From Candidatus Poribacteria bacterium (GTDB lineage Bacteria > Poribacteria > WGA-4E > WGA-3G): 64,000 nt of DNA. Shown here piece by piece: positions 18,576 to 28,324 of this stretch; position 1 is the first letter of the stretch; each line of letters begins with the position of its first letter. Both the position numbers and the translations under genes were made by a program. The stretch spans positions 3,872,001 to 3,936,000 of the forward strand of contig OZ240248.1 in NCBI GenBank assembly GCA_965198235.1. Direction: 5' to 3'. Below the pieces are notes generated by a model. The model had not been told where the DNA came from. It was given only the letters and a program-made list of their open reading frames with translations, and made no database searches.

Positions 18576-19292
18576 CTATACCGGTATCGTCTTCCGAACA
18601 CTATTTTCATAACGCACCTGATAATCGGAATCTGGCACGTCCATTGCCCGGACAGCAAGCTCGCCGAACGTAATCAGTGGCTCGGAAAGTAGAAGCAGTT
18701 CATCGAGCGATTCGGTCGGTGTCTTATCTGTTGTATCCAACACAATCTTACGTCCTTTTTGCGTAAACAGAGACCTGTCAATCTCTTCCTGAAAAAGGCG
18801 GTTGAGCGTTGGGATATCGGCTTCCTTAATGATCTGATATTCGTGTGGATCTGTTGCCATCCGTTCCTTAATCGCGTCATCGCTGGCAGTGACGTGGATC
18901 ATCACCACATCTGGTAGGCGTGCTTCAATCACCTGTGTTTCATAGCCGCGTTGCGCGTTGATGTGATATTTCGAGTAGTATAGGCTTTCTGGATCATCCC
19001 CATAGAAGGATGAGTAAACAAGTTCCTCAATATGCCATCCCGCGATCAGGGTGTTCGGATAGTTTCTAATTACCTCTACGTGATACTGAAGCTGCATCCG
19101 CTGCATCCGTTCCTTCACATCGTCTGGGAAATTTACGTACGCCGCTCTCGATTCTGGACTGAGCGATGAATCGGGGATAGTGAAGTGATCGTCAACGTGA
19201 ACAACCAATTTTCGGTGCCGATAATAGTCCGTCATCAGGTCTACCAATGTCGTTTTTCCGGCATATTCGATACCTACAAAAATACATCTCAT
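18576..19292 (-). CDS. P-loop nucleoside/nucleotide kinase-like protein
   Basis: N-terminal GIEYAGKTT Walker A; LDTTDKT C-terminal segment as in NMP kinases. Confidence 0.6.
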   Translation of the reverse strand: MRCIFVGIEYAGKTTLVDLMTDYYRHRKLVVHVDDHFTIPDSSLSPESRAAYVNFPDDVKERMQRMQLQYHVEVIRNYPNTLIAGWHIEELVYSSFYGDDPESLYYSKYHINAQRGYETQVIEARLPDVVMIHVTASDDAIKERMATDPHEYQIIKEADIPTLNRLFQEEIDRSLFTQKGRKIVLDTTDKTPTESLDELLLLSEPLITFGELAVRAMDVPDSDYQVRYENSVRKTIPV

Positions 19293-19402
19293 AAGAAATA
19301 CCTCGCTATAACTTCATGAATAGATAACCTTCCACATCTTGTCCTTATATTTATCACGAAACAGGAAAAGTGTCAAGCATCAAGGGCATTTGGTAGAGCA
19401 TT

Positions 19403-19521
19403 TATAGTAAACCCTCAAAACCAGTAAACATTTCCAGAGCCTTGAAAACGCTCCGCCCCGCTGGCGAGGTTTCCTAATCTCGCCCGTTCACAATGTATCG
19501 TTAATTGTAAACTTTACTATA
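19403..19521. repeat. MITE-like element with TATAGTAAA/TTTACTATA termini around a REP hairpin
   Basis: 9-bp perfect terminal inverted repeats; internal ggcgaggtttcctaatctcgcc. Confidence 0.6.
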
Positions 19522-19562
19522 GTTCCCTGATAAGAATGAACATTGACTCGCAACATGCCGCT

Positions 19563-19660
19563 GTAGGAGCGACCTCCCGGTCGCGACTCTCCAAAGTCGT
19601 TGCTACAACCAAGAGACTTCGAGGAGATTGAAAGGACAGATGTCGCCCCTACGGGGCTTT
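19563..19660. repeat. Cluster of GTAG/CTAC REP-like repeats
   Basis: gtaggagcgacctcccggtcgcgac (inverse copy at 53581-53604); acagatgtcgcccctacggggct (inverse of ~8443-8465). Confidence 0.65.
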
Positions 19661-19792
19661 ATTTTTTGGTATGAACTCTGTTCTCCACAGATGCTGAAGA
19701 AATCTGCAAGCAAATAAACCCTACGGGACTCAGGATAGCGAAAAACCGAAATGACGCGAGAACTAAATGTCCCTAATGCAATTTCTGTTTCC

Positions 19793-19821
19793 TTGACAAT
19801 AGCGCATTTGCGAGGTATAAT
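19793..19821 (+). promoter_or_regulatory. Perfect consensus sigma70 promoter of the TA operon
   Basis: TTGACA-N17-TATAAT; small CGCA-TT-TGCG palindrome in the spacer. Confidence 0.8.
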
Positions 19822-19859
19822 AACTTTGTCTTAAACAGATTGAACCCAAGGAGGCACAC

Positions 19860-20162
19860 ATGGAAAAAATTCAGACCGTCAAAATCTACGATTCGGAATA
19901 TGAGACAACCTATACTGCCCAGATTCAAAAAAACGGCGACGGATGGATAGGATGGATACAGGAACATCCGAAGGTGAAATGCGAAGATAGTACACAGAAA
20001 GCGTTGCTGAAGACCCTTGAAAGGACGCTTTATGAAACTTTAGAAGCCGACTGGGAGGCATGGGATAAGCAGATCGAGGAAGACATAAAAGCCGGAAGGC
20101 TTGATCGACTTCGCAAGGAAACCCTTGAGGATTTGCGGGCAGGTAGGTGCAAAGATCTATAA
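19860..20162 (+). CDS. Putative antitoxin, HicB-like N-terminus plus WDKQIEED..AG.LD C-terminus
   Basis: YTAQIQKNGDGWIGWIQEHP; WDKQIEEDIKAGRLDRL; GGAGG RBS; upstream of toxin. Confidence 0.65.
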   Translation: MEKIQTVKIYDSEYETTYTAQIQKNGDGWIGWIQEHPKVKCEDSTQKALLKTLERTLYETLEADWEAWDKQIEEDIKAGRLDRLRKETLEDLRAGRCKDL

Positions 20163-20406
20163 AACGCGCAGAGAATTTTGGGAGCATTATCAAAATCTGC
20201 CCCAAGAGATCCAACGACAAGCCGACAAGTGTTTTCAATTGCTGCAGCGAGACCCGAAACATCCCTCTCTGAATTTCAAGCAAGTTGGAAAAACGGATTG
20301 GTCGGTGAGAATTAACAGGTCCTATCGCGCTTTGGCATTTGAGGAGGAAGGGACTTTCGTCTGGTTTTGGATCGGCAAACACGATGAATACATGCGGCGA
20401 ATCTAA
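20125..20406 (+). CDS. RelE/ParE-superfamily toxin (start uncertain)
   Basis: FW..Y..LP.EIQ, DPKHPSLNFK, WSVRI, YRALA, WFWIG.HDEY. Confidence 0.75.
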   Translation: MRICGQVGAKIYKTRREFWEHYQNLPQEIQRQADKCFQLLQRDPKHPSLNFKQVGKTDWSVRINRSYRALAFEEEGTFVWFWIGKHDEYMRRI

Positions 20407-20447
20407 TAATCAAAGTTTCTACGAAATTGCTTCACTGATAACATACC

Positions 20448-21440
20448 ATGTTGACAATCGGCAACCTCAACATTTCAGATTTCCCACTACTGCTCGCACC
20501 GATGGAAGATGTGAGCGATCCGCCGTTCCGCGCCGTCTGCAAAGAGAACGGAGCGGATCTCATGTACACGGAATTCATCTCCTCCGAGGCACTCATCCGT
20601 GATGCCGCACCGAGTGTTGCCAAGCTGGACATTTTTGAAACGGAGAGACCGATTGGCATCCAAATTTTTGGTCACAACATCGATTCTATGCGCGCCTCTG
20701 TGGAAATCACTGAAAAGGTCCAACCCGACATCATCGATATTAATTATGGGTGTCCCGTTAAGAAGGTCACCTGTAAAGGTGCAGGTGCCGGTATCCTACA
20801 AGACATCCCCAAAATGGTGAAAATGACTGCCGAGATGGTAAAAACTACAGATCTGCCTGTCACCGTCAAAACGCGACTCGGATGGGACGATAAAACGAAA
20901 TATGTCGTTGAAGTCGCGGAGCGGCTGCAGGATGTCGGTATCCGCGCGATTGCTATTCACGGCAGAACCCGGCGGCAGATGTATAAGGGGGACGCCGACT
21001 GGACACTTATCGGTAGGATCAAAGACAACCCGCGCATGACAATCCCTGTCTTCGGCAACGGTGATGTTGATAGTCCACAAAAAGCGGCGCAGATGCGGCA
21101 CCAATACGGCGTTGACGGTATCATGATTGGGCGCGCCGCGATCGGGTACCCGTGGATTTTCAACGAGGTAAAACACTATTTCGCTACGGGTGAGTCGCTC
21201 CCACCACCTTCAATAGATGAACGGATTGCTGTTTTTAGAAAGCACCTTGATTTCTCCATTAAATGGAAAGGATTAAAACTCGGTCTCGTTGAAATGCGCC
21301 GACACTATAGCAACTATTTTAAAGGCATTCCACATGTTAAGTCCTTTCGCTACCGGCTCGTCACATGCGATAGTTACGACGGTGTTTTGGACATTGTGAC
21401 GGAACTCCGGACGCATGCTCTGATGTTAGCTGCTGCGTAG
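20448..21440 (+). CDS. dusB: tRNA-dihydrouridine synthase B
   Basis: LAPMED, DINYGCP, HGRT, NGDV, MIGR. Confidence 0.92.
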   Translation: MLTIGNLNISDFPLLLAPMEDVSDPPFRAVCKENGADLMYTEFISSEALIRDAAPSVAKLDIFETERPIGIQIFGHNIDSMRASVEITEKVQPDIIDINYGCPVKKVTCKGAGAGILQDIPKMVKMTAEMVKTTDLPVTVKTRLGWDDKTKYVVEVAERLQDVGIRAIAIHGRTRRQMYKGDADWTLIGRIKDNPRMTIPVFGNGDVDSPQKAAQMRHQYGVDGIMIGRAAIGYPWIFNEVKHYFATGESLPPPSIDERIAVFRKHLDFSIKWKGLKLGLVEMRRHYSNYFKGIPHVKSFRYRLVTCDSYDGVLDIVTELRTHALMLAAA

Positions 21441-21600
21441 CAGAGAGTCAGGATTCGGCGATCTCTCCTCCCAATAACAGGTCAGGATCCTTCCTACGGA
21501 AGAACTAAATGCTTTTAAGAAGCGTCCAAAAAATACTTGACTCAAAAGCCAAATAATATTATCATGTAACAAATTATATCTCCGCAGTAAAGGACCTGGA

Positions 21601-22425
21601 ATGGACAAAATACCCTTTATGAAACTCAGCGGTGCAGGCAATGACTTCGTCATCATCAATAATTTGGCGGGAATCGTTGATAGCACCGATACAGATTTTG
21701 TGAAAAAACTCTGCCAACGCCGTATGTCGGTCGGGGCTGACGGTGTTCTCCTCGTCGAAAAGGCGGACGGTGTCGACTTTCGCATGCGCTACTTCAATGC
21801 TGACGGCGGCGAGGTGGAAACTTGCGGGAACGGCGCGCGATGTATCTCCAAATTCGCCTATTTGAACGGGCTCGCGTCTGAACAGATGCGATTTCTGACG
21901 AACGCCGGAATTTATGAATCCGAAATAGTCGGTCAGGACGTTAAAGTACGTATGAGCGATCCTACGGATATCCGGCTCAATGTTCCACTCCAATTGGAAG
22001 ATGGGATGCACACGGTCGGATTCGCGAATAGCGGCGTGCCTCACGTTATCTTCTTCGTCGAGGACTTGGAAGAAACGGATGTCTTTGATTTAGGACAGCA
22101 AACGCGTTATCACGACGATTTCAAGCCCGCTGGCACGAACGCGAATTTTATCCGCATTCAATCGTCGGGGTTGATTGATATCCGGACGTATGAGCGCGGT
22201 GTTGAAGATGAAACGCTCGCTTGTGGCACCGGGTCAATTGCTTCTGCTATTGTTGCTGCGACGTTAGGAAAAGTAGAATCCCCGGTTGCTGTCAAAACGG
22301 CGAGTGGGGTCGAATTGAAGATTCATTTCGATGTAGAGAATGGCGAAGCGCGAGACGTTTATCTTGAAGGCGATGCTCGCGTTATCTTCGTCGGTGAACT
22401 CACAACAGACGCATGGAATTATTAA
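21601..22425 (+). CDS. dapF: Diaminopimelate epimerase
   Basis: GAGNDF, CGNGARC, ERGVEDETLACGTG. Confidence 0.96.
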   Translation: MDKIPFMKLSGAGNDFVIINNLAGIVDSTDTDFVKKLCQRRMSVGADGVLLVEKADGVDFRMRYFNADGGEVETCGNGARCISKFAYLNGLASEQMRFLTNAGIYESEIVGQDVKVRMSDPTDIRLNVPLQLEDGMHTVGFANSGVPHVIFFVEDLEETDVFDLGQQTRYHDDFKPAGTNANFIRIQSSGLIDIRTYERGVEDETLACGTGSIASAIVAATLGKVESPVAVKTASGVELKIHFDVENGEARDVYLEGDARVIFVGELTTDAWNY

Positions 22426-22483
22426 GCACACTTGTAGCCTCGCTATACTGAGTGAGATGCCTACAGATATAAGGAGGGTTTAC

Positions 22484-23359
22484 ATGTTTCAAGGCTCTTA
22501 TGTTGCACTCGTCACACCATTTAAGGACGATGAATCGCTTGACGAAGCGAAACTCAAGGAACTGATTCAATTTCAGCTTGACGGCGGCACACACGGCATC
22601 GTCCCGTGTGGCACAACAGGTGAATCCCCCGCGCTGTCTGAGGCTGAACATGATAGGGTGATAGAACTCACTGTTGAAACTGTAAATGGGAAGGTGCCTA
22701 TTATCGCGGGGACTGGCTCCAACTCAACAACACGCACCTTGCGTGCAACGCAACATGCCAAAGATGCCGGTGCGGATGCTGCCCTGATTGTTACCCCTTA
22801 TTATAACAAGCCTACCCAAGAGGGTTTGTATGCCCACTATATGAAAGTCGCTGACACAGTGGATATCCCGATTGTCATCTACAACGTTCCGGGACGTTGC
22901 GGTACCGACATCCTTTCACCCACGATTGCCCGGCTTGCCGAACATCCAAACATCGTCGCACTCAAGGAAGCGACTGGCGAACTCAAACGCGCCAGTGAGG
23001 TCGTCAACCTATGTCCCGATGATTTCGTTGTGCTTTCGGGGGATGATGTGAATACGCTGCCGATGCTGGCGGTCGGAGGGAAAGGCGTGATTTCAGTTGT
23101 GGCGAACATTGCGCCTGCGGATGTCGCGGAGATGTGCAACGCTTTCCACGCCGGAAATCTTGAACTTGCCCGCAAACTTCACTATAAAGCGTTGCCACTG
23201 GCGGTCGATCTCTTTATTGAGACGAACCCGATTCCTGCGAAAACCGCGCTCCAACTGATGGGGAAACTCAATGGGAAGTTGCGGTTGCCGCTCGTACCGA
23301 TGGTTCCTGAGAACCTTGAATCCTTACGCAACACGCTTTCGGAAACAGGGTTGATTTAA
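22484..23359 (+). CDS. dapA: 4-hydroxy-tetrahydrodipicolinate synthase
   Basis: GTTGES, YNVPGR, ALKEATG, ETNPIP; AAGGAGG RBS. Confidence 0.96.
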   Translation: MFQGSYVALVTPFKDDESLDEAKLKELIQFQLDGGTHGIVPCGTTGESPALSEAEHDRVIELTVETVNGKVPIIAGTGSNSTTRTLRATQHAKDAGADAALIVTPYYNKPTQEGLYAHYMKVADTVDIPIVIYNVPGRCGTDILSPTIARLAEHPNIVALKEATGELKRASEVVNLCPDDFVVLSGDDVNTLPMLAVGGKGVISVVANIAPADVAEMCNAFHAGNLELARKLHYKALPLAVDLFIETNPIPAKTALQLMGKLNGKLRLPLVPMVPENLESLRNTLSETGLI

Positions 23360-23451
23360 CGGAGAACAGACTCCAACCCCTTGTAGCCTCCAAGAGAAAT
23401 GTTCATGGATGCTCGAACGTGTTTCGGGCATCTTTCCCAGGGAAATCAGAT

Positions 23452-24540
23452 ATGAAAAGAAGCATAAAAATTGTGCTGATAGGGATTGCAGGGGTCGTTA
23501 TCTTAGGAGGTATTGCTGCGGGATATATGTTTTGGAAAATGAGCCAACCGCTCTATACATTCGGTTCTGTCAGTAAAAGTGAAAACTTACGCGCGCCGTT
23601 GGAGCCGCCCTCGCAAATTGATTCTTCGGTATGGCAGGTGGAGTCTGATATATCCCTGCATTTTGACGTATACGGAAAAGGTCGCCCTGTTGTTGTTGTG
23701 CATGGCGGCCCGGGCATCCCTTATGCAAACGCCTGGAAAGGGTTCAAGCTATTGGAAGCTCGCTTTGCCTTCTACTATTACCACCAGCGGGGTGCTGGTA
23801 AGTCTACAAGACCGATTGACCGTTTTAAGTCAAAAAACTATCCTAAAAATGTAGCACAACTTGACCAGACGCTTGGCATAGGTGCACAAATAGCCGACAT
23901 TGAACGCATCCGCCGTATCCTTAAAGAGAGAAAATTATTGCTGGTTGGACATTCGTTTGGAGGCTTTATCGCGGCACTTTACGCAGCGGAATTCCCGGAT
24001 CAGGTTGAGAAACTCATTCTTGTCGCACCCGCGGCAGTACTCACGCCACCGGAAAAGGGAAACGATCTCTTTGAAGCAGTTCGGCGCAAGATTCCGCAAG
24101 CGGCACAAACCAAATATAATGCATTGCTCAAAGAATACTTCAACTTCGGCGATATTTTCTCAAAATCGGATGCTGACCTTGTGGATTTACACACACAAGT
24201 CGGTCGATATATTCTCATCGGCATGGGATACGATGCTTCGGCTATGGATATAATGGCATCGCCCCCCGGTGGATGGAGTTCCTTTGCGGTATATTTCAGC
24301 AGTGGCAGGTCGCCCGATTATCGTGCAGCGGTTGGACACATCACCGCACCCACGCTCATTTTGCATGGGGAGGACGATACTATCGCGCTAAAGGGTAGCC
24401 GAGATTACGAGAGGGTTATTCCGAACGCGAAGTTTGTCTCTATCGGTTGTTCTGATACAGATTCGGTGGCTGGACACTTTATCTATGATGATTGCCCTGC
24501 TGAGTTCGCCGCAGCCGTGCGCGCTTTTCTCGACCTCTGA
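23452..24540 (+). CDS. Membrane-anchored alpha/beta hydrolase (proline iminopeptidase-like)
   Basis: N-terminal TM helix, HGGPG, GHSFGG, HGEDD, GH. Confidence 0.85.
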   Translation: MKRSIKIVLIGIAGVVILGGIAAGYMFWKMSQPLYTFGSVSKSENLRAPLEPPSQIDSSVWQVESDISLHFDVYGKGRPVVVVHGGPGIPYANAWKGFKLLEARFAFYYYHQRGAGKSTRPIDRFKSKNYPKNVAQLDQTLGIGAQIADIERIRRILKERKLLLVGHSFGGFIAALYAAEFPDQVEKLILVAPAAVLTPPEKGNDLFEAVRRKIPQAAQTKYNALLKEYFNFGDIFSKSDADLVDLHTQVGRYILIGMGYDASAMDIMASPPGGWSSFAVYFSSGRSPDYRAAVGHITAPTLILHGEDDTIALKGSRDYERVIPNAKFVSIGCSDTDSVAGHFIYDDCPAEFAAAVRAFLDL

Positions 24541-24588
24541 CCAAGGGAATAGAAAGTGAGCGAAGATGTATTTGAAGGTTGTGTCATA

Positions 24589-25194
24589 ATGAGTGACAGC
24601 AATTTCACCTTAGAATCAGCGTTAGCGGCGTTTCAACTGGAAAAGGTTGAATCCGCAGGTACCTTTTCTGAAATAGACCCGATTGCTCCAAGTGCCTACC
24701 TCACAACAGGGTTGGCGAAAAAGGTGCCTTTGGCAGCTGCCATTGGGACTGAGAAGGCGCGCTCCGAACTCATTGTCGCTGACGTACTGGTTGAACTCCG
24801 AGAAAAGTTCAACTACCGCATTAGCTTCTTTTCAGGGATTGACTTCAGCGTCGATGTTGAAAGTGGATTAGTGGGCATCTGCGATTTTTTAGTGAGCCTG
24901 TCCCCCGGCCAGCTGTTGTTAGAGGCACCTCTCATCATCCTTGTTGAGACAAAGAAGGATGACCCAAAACTCGGACTCGGGCAGTGTGTCGCCGAAATGC
25001 TCGCCGCACAACGTTTTAATGCTGAAAAGGGAAATAGTATCCCCGCCGTTTACGGGGCTACCACGACGGGGACAGAGTGGCAATTTCTCAGATTGGCGGA
25101 AAAGAGGTTACAGATCGATATGGACATCTACCCGATTCAGCAGTGTGCCAAAATCCTCGGTATCCTCTCGAGCATGGTAAACCAAAAAGCCTGA
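24589..25194 (+). CDS. Hypothetical PD-(D/E)XK-like protein
   Basis: EKARSE..I, CDF, VETKK, GQCVAEM, YGATTTG.EW.F. Confidence 0.6.
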   Translation: MSDSNFTLESALAAFQLEKVESAGTFSEIDPIAPSAYLTTGLAKKVPLAAAIGTEKARSELIVADVLVELREKFNYRISFFSGIDFSVDVESGLVGICDFLVSLSPGQLLLEAPLIILVETKKDDPKLGLGQCVAEMLAAQRFNAEKGNSIPAVYGATTTGTEWQFLRLAEKRLQIDMDIYPIQQCAKILGILSSMVNQKA

Positions 25195-25206
25195 AGAGCG
25201 TCCGGC

Positions 25207-26538
25207 TTAGGATTGATACACGGCTGGTAACAATCTGTGCACGGTATCAATCACTAATTGCTCAACCCCAGGGGCAAATCGAGTCGGCGGACCGAAATAG
25301 AGCATCGCACCTCCACCTTCATAACCCCCCTCGGCTAATACCCGCTCCGACGGAATATAGCACGGAAACGCGTTTGAATACGCACCTACCCAGAGTCGAT
25401 CGGCATCTAACTCACTTTTCAAACGGAGTGAATAATCGACGACCACCTCACTCGCAAGGAAAACAATGGCGAGTTCCTCGCCGAATCTCCACGCTTGTAC
25501 CGGATATGAAAGTTCCGCCTGCAACGGCAGTCCTTTCTGCAAGCGTTCGAGGTGCTTTTGGGCGTGATAGGCATCGGAACCACCTGCTGCTACGCGTGCT
25601 TCCCATTCCTCACGGGTCGGTAGTGTATCAAAGGGCAGATTAACCCTCTCAAACACGCCAGTAGGAACATTGGTGAGTGACTTAGCCTCTCCTTTCAGGA
25701 GACGTTGGATCTCCTCCGAGAGTGCTTCTCCATGTGCTTTCGCATACGCAAGACGGGTGCTGAAAACCTCTTCTTGCCCATCCGGCATCGGCATCATCCG
25801 CGATTCAGGATTCGCATCGGCACCACATCCAATGGAGATTAAAGCGGTTACACCGGGTAAAGTGTTTTGGATGGCATCTTGGGCAAATCCTGCCCAATCT
25901 CCGCAGATATGATTATCTGTGCCTGCCAACGTCGTGCAATGGCAGGCGTAACTTGCCCATACGGCGCGTAGTGTGCCATCCAGACTTGTTATTTGCATAC
26001 ACGGTAAAGAATGGTCTACCGGACCACCTTCAGTACGCCGATTTTTTGCGAAACCGAGTTCTCCGATGCTCCAACTCAAACGTGATGGCTCACGGTTTGC
26101 AAGTGCCTCCAATGCAACGGCTTCCATCCAGTCCTTAAATTGAGCCGTGTACCGATCTATCGTTTCCTGTTGTGCGGGAGGTATATCCGAACTAAACAGG
26201 AAAGGTGCGGCGTTTGTTAGGCACGGTGCACTGTGTGTATGTGTGAAGCACGCCACGAAATGGGCACGCGAGATTCCCGTTTTCTCCTTGATTCGGTGGG
26301 ACACTTCCTCGGTCAACTCATCCGGTAAGCCGCAGTTTTCGACCGTTACTAAAACAACGGGTTCATCTGCATCACCGCCAATAGCGAGTGCCTTCGCCCA
26401 TATGCGCTGGATGATACCGTCGGATTCCGTGCGACGACTACCGTAACCACTCAGTCGAATCGGATAATCTGGAGTAATATCTACTTCGGCAACACCAACC
26501 TGAATAATACTATTCTTCCTTGTCATGTTGTTCTCCAT
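25207..26538 (-). CDS. Neutral/alkaline ceramidase-like protein
   Basis: DITP..PIRLSGY, THTHSAP, YACHCT, GCGADANP, EGGYE. Confidence 0.8.
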   Translation of the reverse strand: MENNMTRKNSIIQVGVAEVDITPDYPIRLSGYGSRRTESDGIIQRIWAKALAIGGDADEPVVLVTVENCGLPDELTEEVSHRIKEKTGISRAHFVACFTHTHSAPCLTNAAPFLFSSDIPPAQQETIDRYTAQFKDWMEAVALEALANREPSRLSWSIGELGFAKNRRTEGGPVDHSLPCMQITSLDGTLRAVWASYACHCTTLAGTDNHICGDWAGFAQDAIQNTLPGVTALISIGCGADANPESRMMPMPDGQEEVFSTRLAYAKAHGEALSEEIQRLLKGEAKSLTNVPTGVFERVNLPFDTLPTREEWEARVAAGGSDAYHAQKHLERLQKGLPLQAELSYPVQAWRFGEELAIVFLASEVVVDYSLRLKSELDADRLWVGAYSNAFPCYIPSERVLAEGGYEGGGAMLYFGPPTRFAPGVEQLVIDTVHRLLPAVYQS

Positions 26539-27016
26539 TATCGGTGTCCACTTCTTCGCTTAGGAAAAGCATTTGAAGTGTGTCTCTGGGATGTTCTCGG
26601 AAGTCGGCTGAATGGACTCGCCACAGCTGAATTCCCTCCGGAATGTCGTTATATCTGGTGTCGCTGCTTGGTAGTGTGTCAATACAGGTGACTTCCAGTT
26701 CTAAATGCGCAAGAATCGGGATGTCAACGAGAGTAGTGGCGAATTCATATTCGTCCACAAGAATGTCAAACTTGACTTGAATCTCGCCCATATCAGCACT
26801 AATTGACAACAGGAGCAACTGGTCAGCGAAGTGCCAACAAGTTTCCCAAGTATCGCCCGTAAACGTCTGTTCTTTGAGCGGATCCTCTATTTCAAGTGGC
26901 ATAGGACGTAGTCCTTGTTCAGCCATATCAAAAGCAGTCGCAGTCGCTTCTATAACGCGTGATACATGTGCATCGGGCGGCTGACCGCGTTTTCGACGGT
27001 ATTTCTTCTTCTTCAT
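26510..27016 (-). CDS. Hypothetical protein
   Basis: 168-aa ORF with GGAG RBS in a co-directional gene run. Confidence 0.6.
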   Translation of the reverse strand: MKKKKYRRKRGQPPDAHVSRVIEATATAFDMAEQGLRPMPLEIEDPLKEQTFTGDTWETCWHFADQLLLLSISADMGEIQVKFDILVDEYEFATTLVDIPILAHLELEVTCIDTLPSSDTRYNDIPEGIQLWRVHSADFREHPRDTLQMLFLSEEVDTDNGEQHDKEE

Positions 27017-27096
27017 CTATTTTCTCCATATTCCTTGCTTTTGCAGGTGCTGTTTACAACTACATTGTTCAGACGATAAAGTGAGAATGCCTTACC

Positions 27097-28260
27097 TTAC
27101 AGACGCAGCGTAAGTGCCAAGAGATGACGCGCTTCCGCTATGGTTAGGCGTGTCAACGGACGAACCAAGGTATACTCTGTAGATAGTGTGCCGAGTGCTA
27201 AGGCGATACCGGTACTAAAATGCGTGTGGGAGGTAGTATGCCGGAGCCCAATTCGGAGCCCAATGGCATAACCGCTTTTCCATGTTTTCTGAAATTCGCT
27301 GCCAACAGCAAAGCTCACTCCTCTTTGCCCAAAATCCCGCCAAAGATCCGCTGCGACTGTAATCCATTCCTGAGGTTCATAAGCGGCACCGATACCGACT
27401 CGGAAAGGCAGAGGTTCCACCAAGTCTGCACGCAGGAGATTTTCAAAGAGGACACCTACCAGCAGCGGTGGATTCGTCTGCTTTGTGTCAAACCATATCG
27501 GACGTTGAAACCCGATGTCCAGTTCTAATCGGTTGACTGTTCTCTCAAGCACCGGCTGTCGTTCGTGGACGATGTCCCGGACTCTATTCCCGAATTGCAA
27601 TTCTTCAACGATTGCCTCAATCAATTCTTCAGGTACATCTACATCTACTTCAGGTCCGTGGCGTGCTTCCAAATTTAAAGTCGAGATCGCCGTTCCTCGG
27701 TTTACAACTTGCCTCAACAGTCTAAGACGCAGACCTGCTGCTGATTTTCCGAGTTCGCGACTGAATCCTATGACCCAACTCCTTTCTTGGAGTAAGTTGT
27801 AGTCTGTGAACAGATCTGTTGTGGCGGAAAATTGACGCGAGTTTCGATTATACTCGGCACGTGTGCTTTCAAATGTGAAGTTCGCAAAATTTGTAAATCT
27901 TGCGGCATACCCAGCACTCGCCCCCCACTTACCAAACGCGTGCGAATAGTAGAGTGCTGGCGAAATGTCAATATTGGCTTCGGCGACAAATTGCACAGTT
28001 CCGTGTTTCGGTAGTTCTGCCCAATGGATATTTTCAGCCGCAGTGCCGAACACAAGGTTGTGGTGTTTTACATGCACAAGCGATGCTGGATTCCCAAATA
28101 TGCCTGCGTCTTCTGCATACGTCGCGATACGGGTGCCACCCATTCCAGCAATGCGGAGCATCTCATTCGCCATACTAAGTGGTGGTATCACAGCGGCTAA
28201 GATGCAAAGTGCTAAGAGAGTCGTAAAATGTCGGACGTTAAAAAACCTCAATAACGCCAT
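27097..28260 (-). CDS. Outer-membrane beta-barrel, FadL/PorV/TraF-like
   Basis: Signal peptide; RIAGMGG...GNPASL plug motif; alternating hydrophobic strands ending HLLALTLRL. Confidence 0.65.
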   Translation of the reverse strand: MALLRFFNVRHFTTLLALCILAAVIPPLSMANEMLRIAGMGGTRIATYAEDAGIFGNPASLVHVKHHNLVFGTAAENIHWAELPKHGTVQFVAEANIDISPALYYSHAFGKWGASAGYAARFTNFANFTFESTRAEYNRNSRQFSATTDLFTDYNLLQERSWVIGFSRELGKSAAGLRLRLLRQVVNRGTAISTLNLEARHGPEVDVDVPEELIEAIVEELQFGNRVRDIVHERQPVLERTVNRLELDIGFQRPIWFDTKQTNPPLLVGVLFENLLRADLVEPLPFRVGIGAAYEPQEWITVAADLWRDFGQRGVSFAVGSEFQKTWKSGYAIGLRIGLRHTTSHTHFSTGIALALGTLSTEYTLVRPLTRLTIAEARHLLALTLRL

Positions 28261-28324
28261 ATCGCTGTCCTATAAAAGACATTTGCATTCTCACTGCAAA
28301 GCAAACGTCCGCAGCAGCTCAGAT

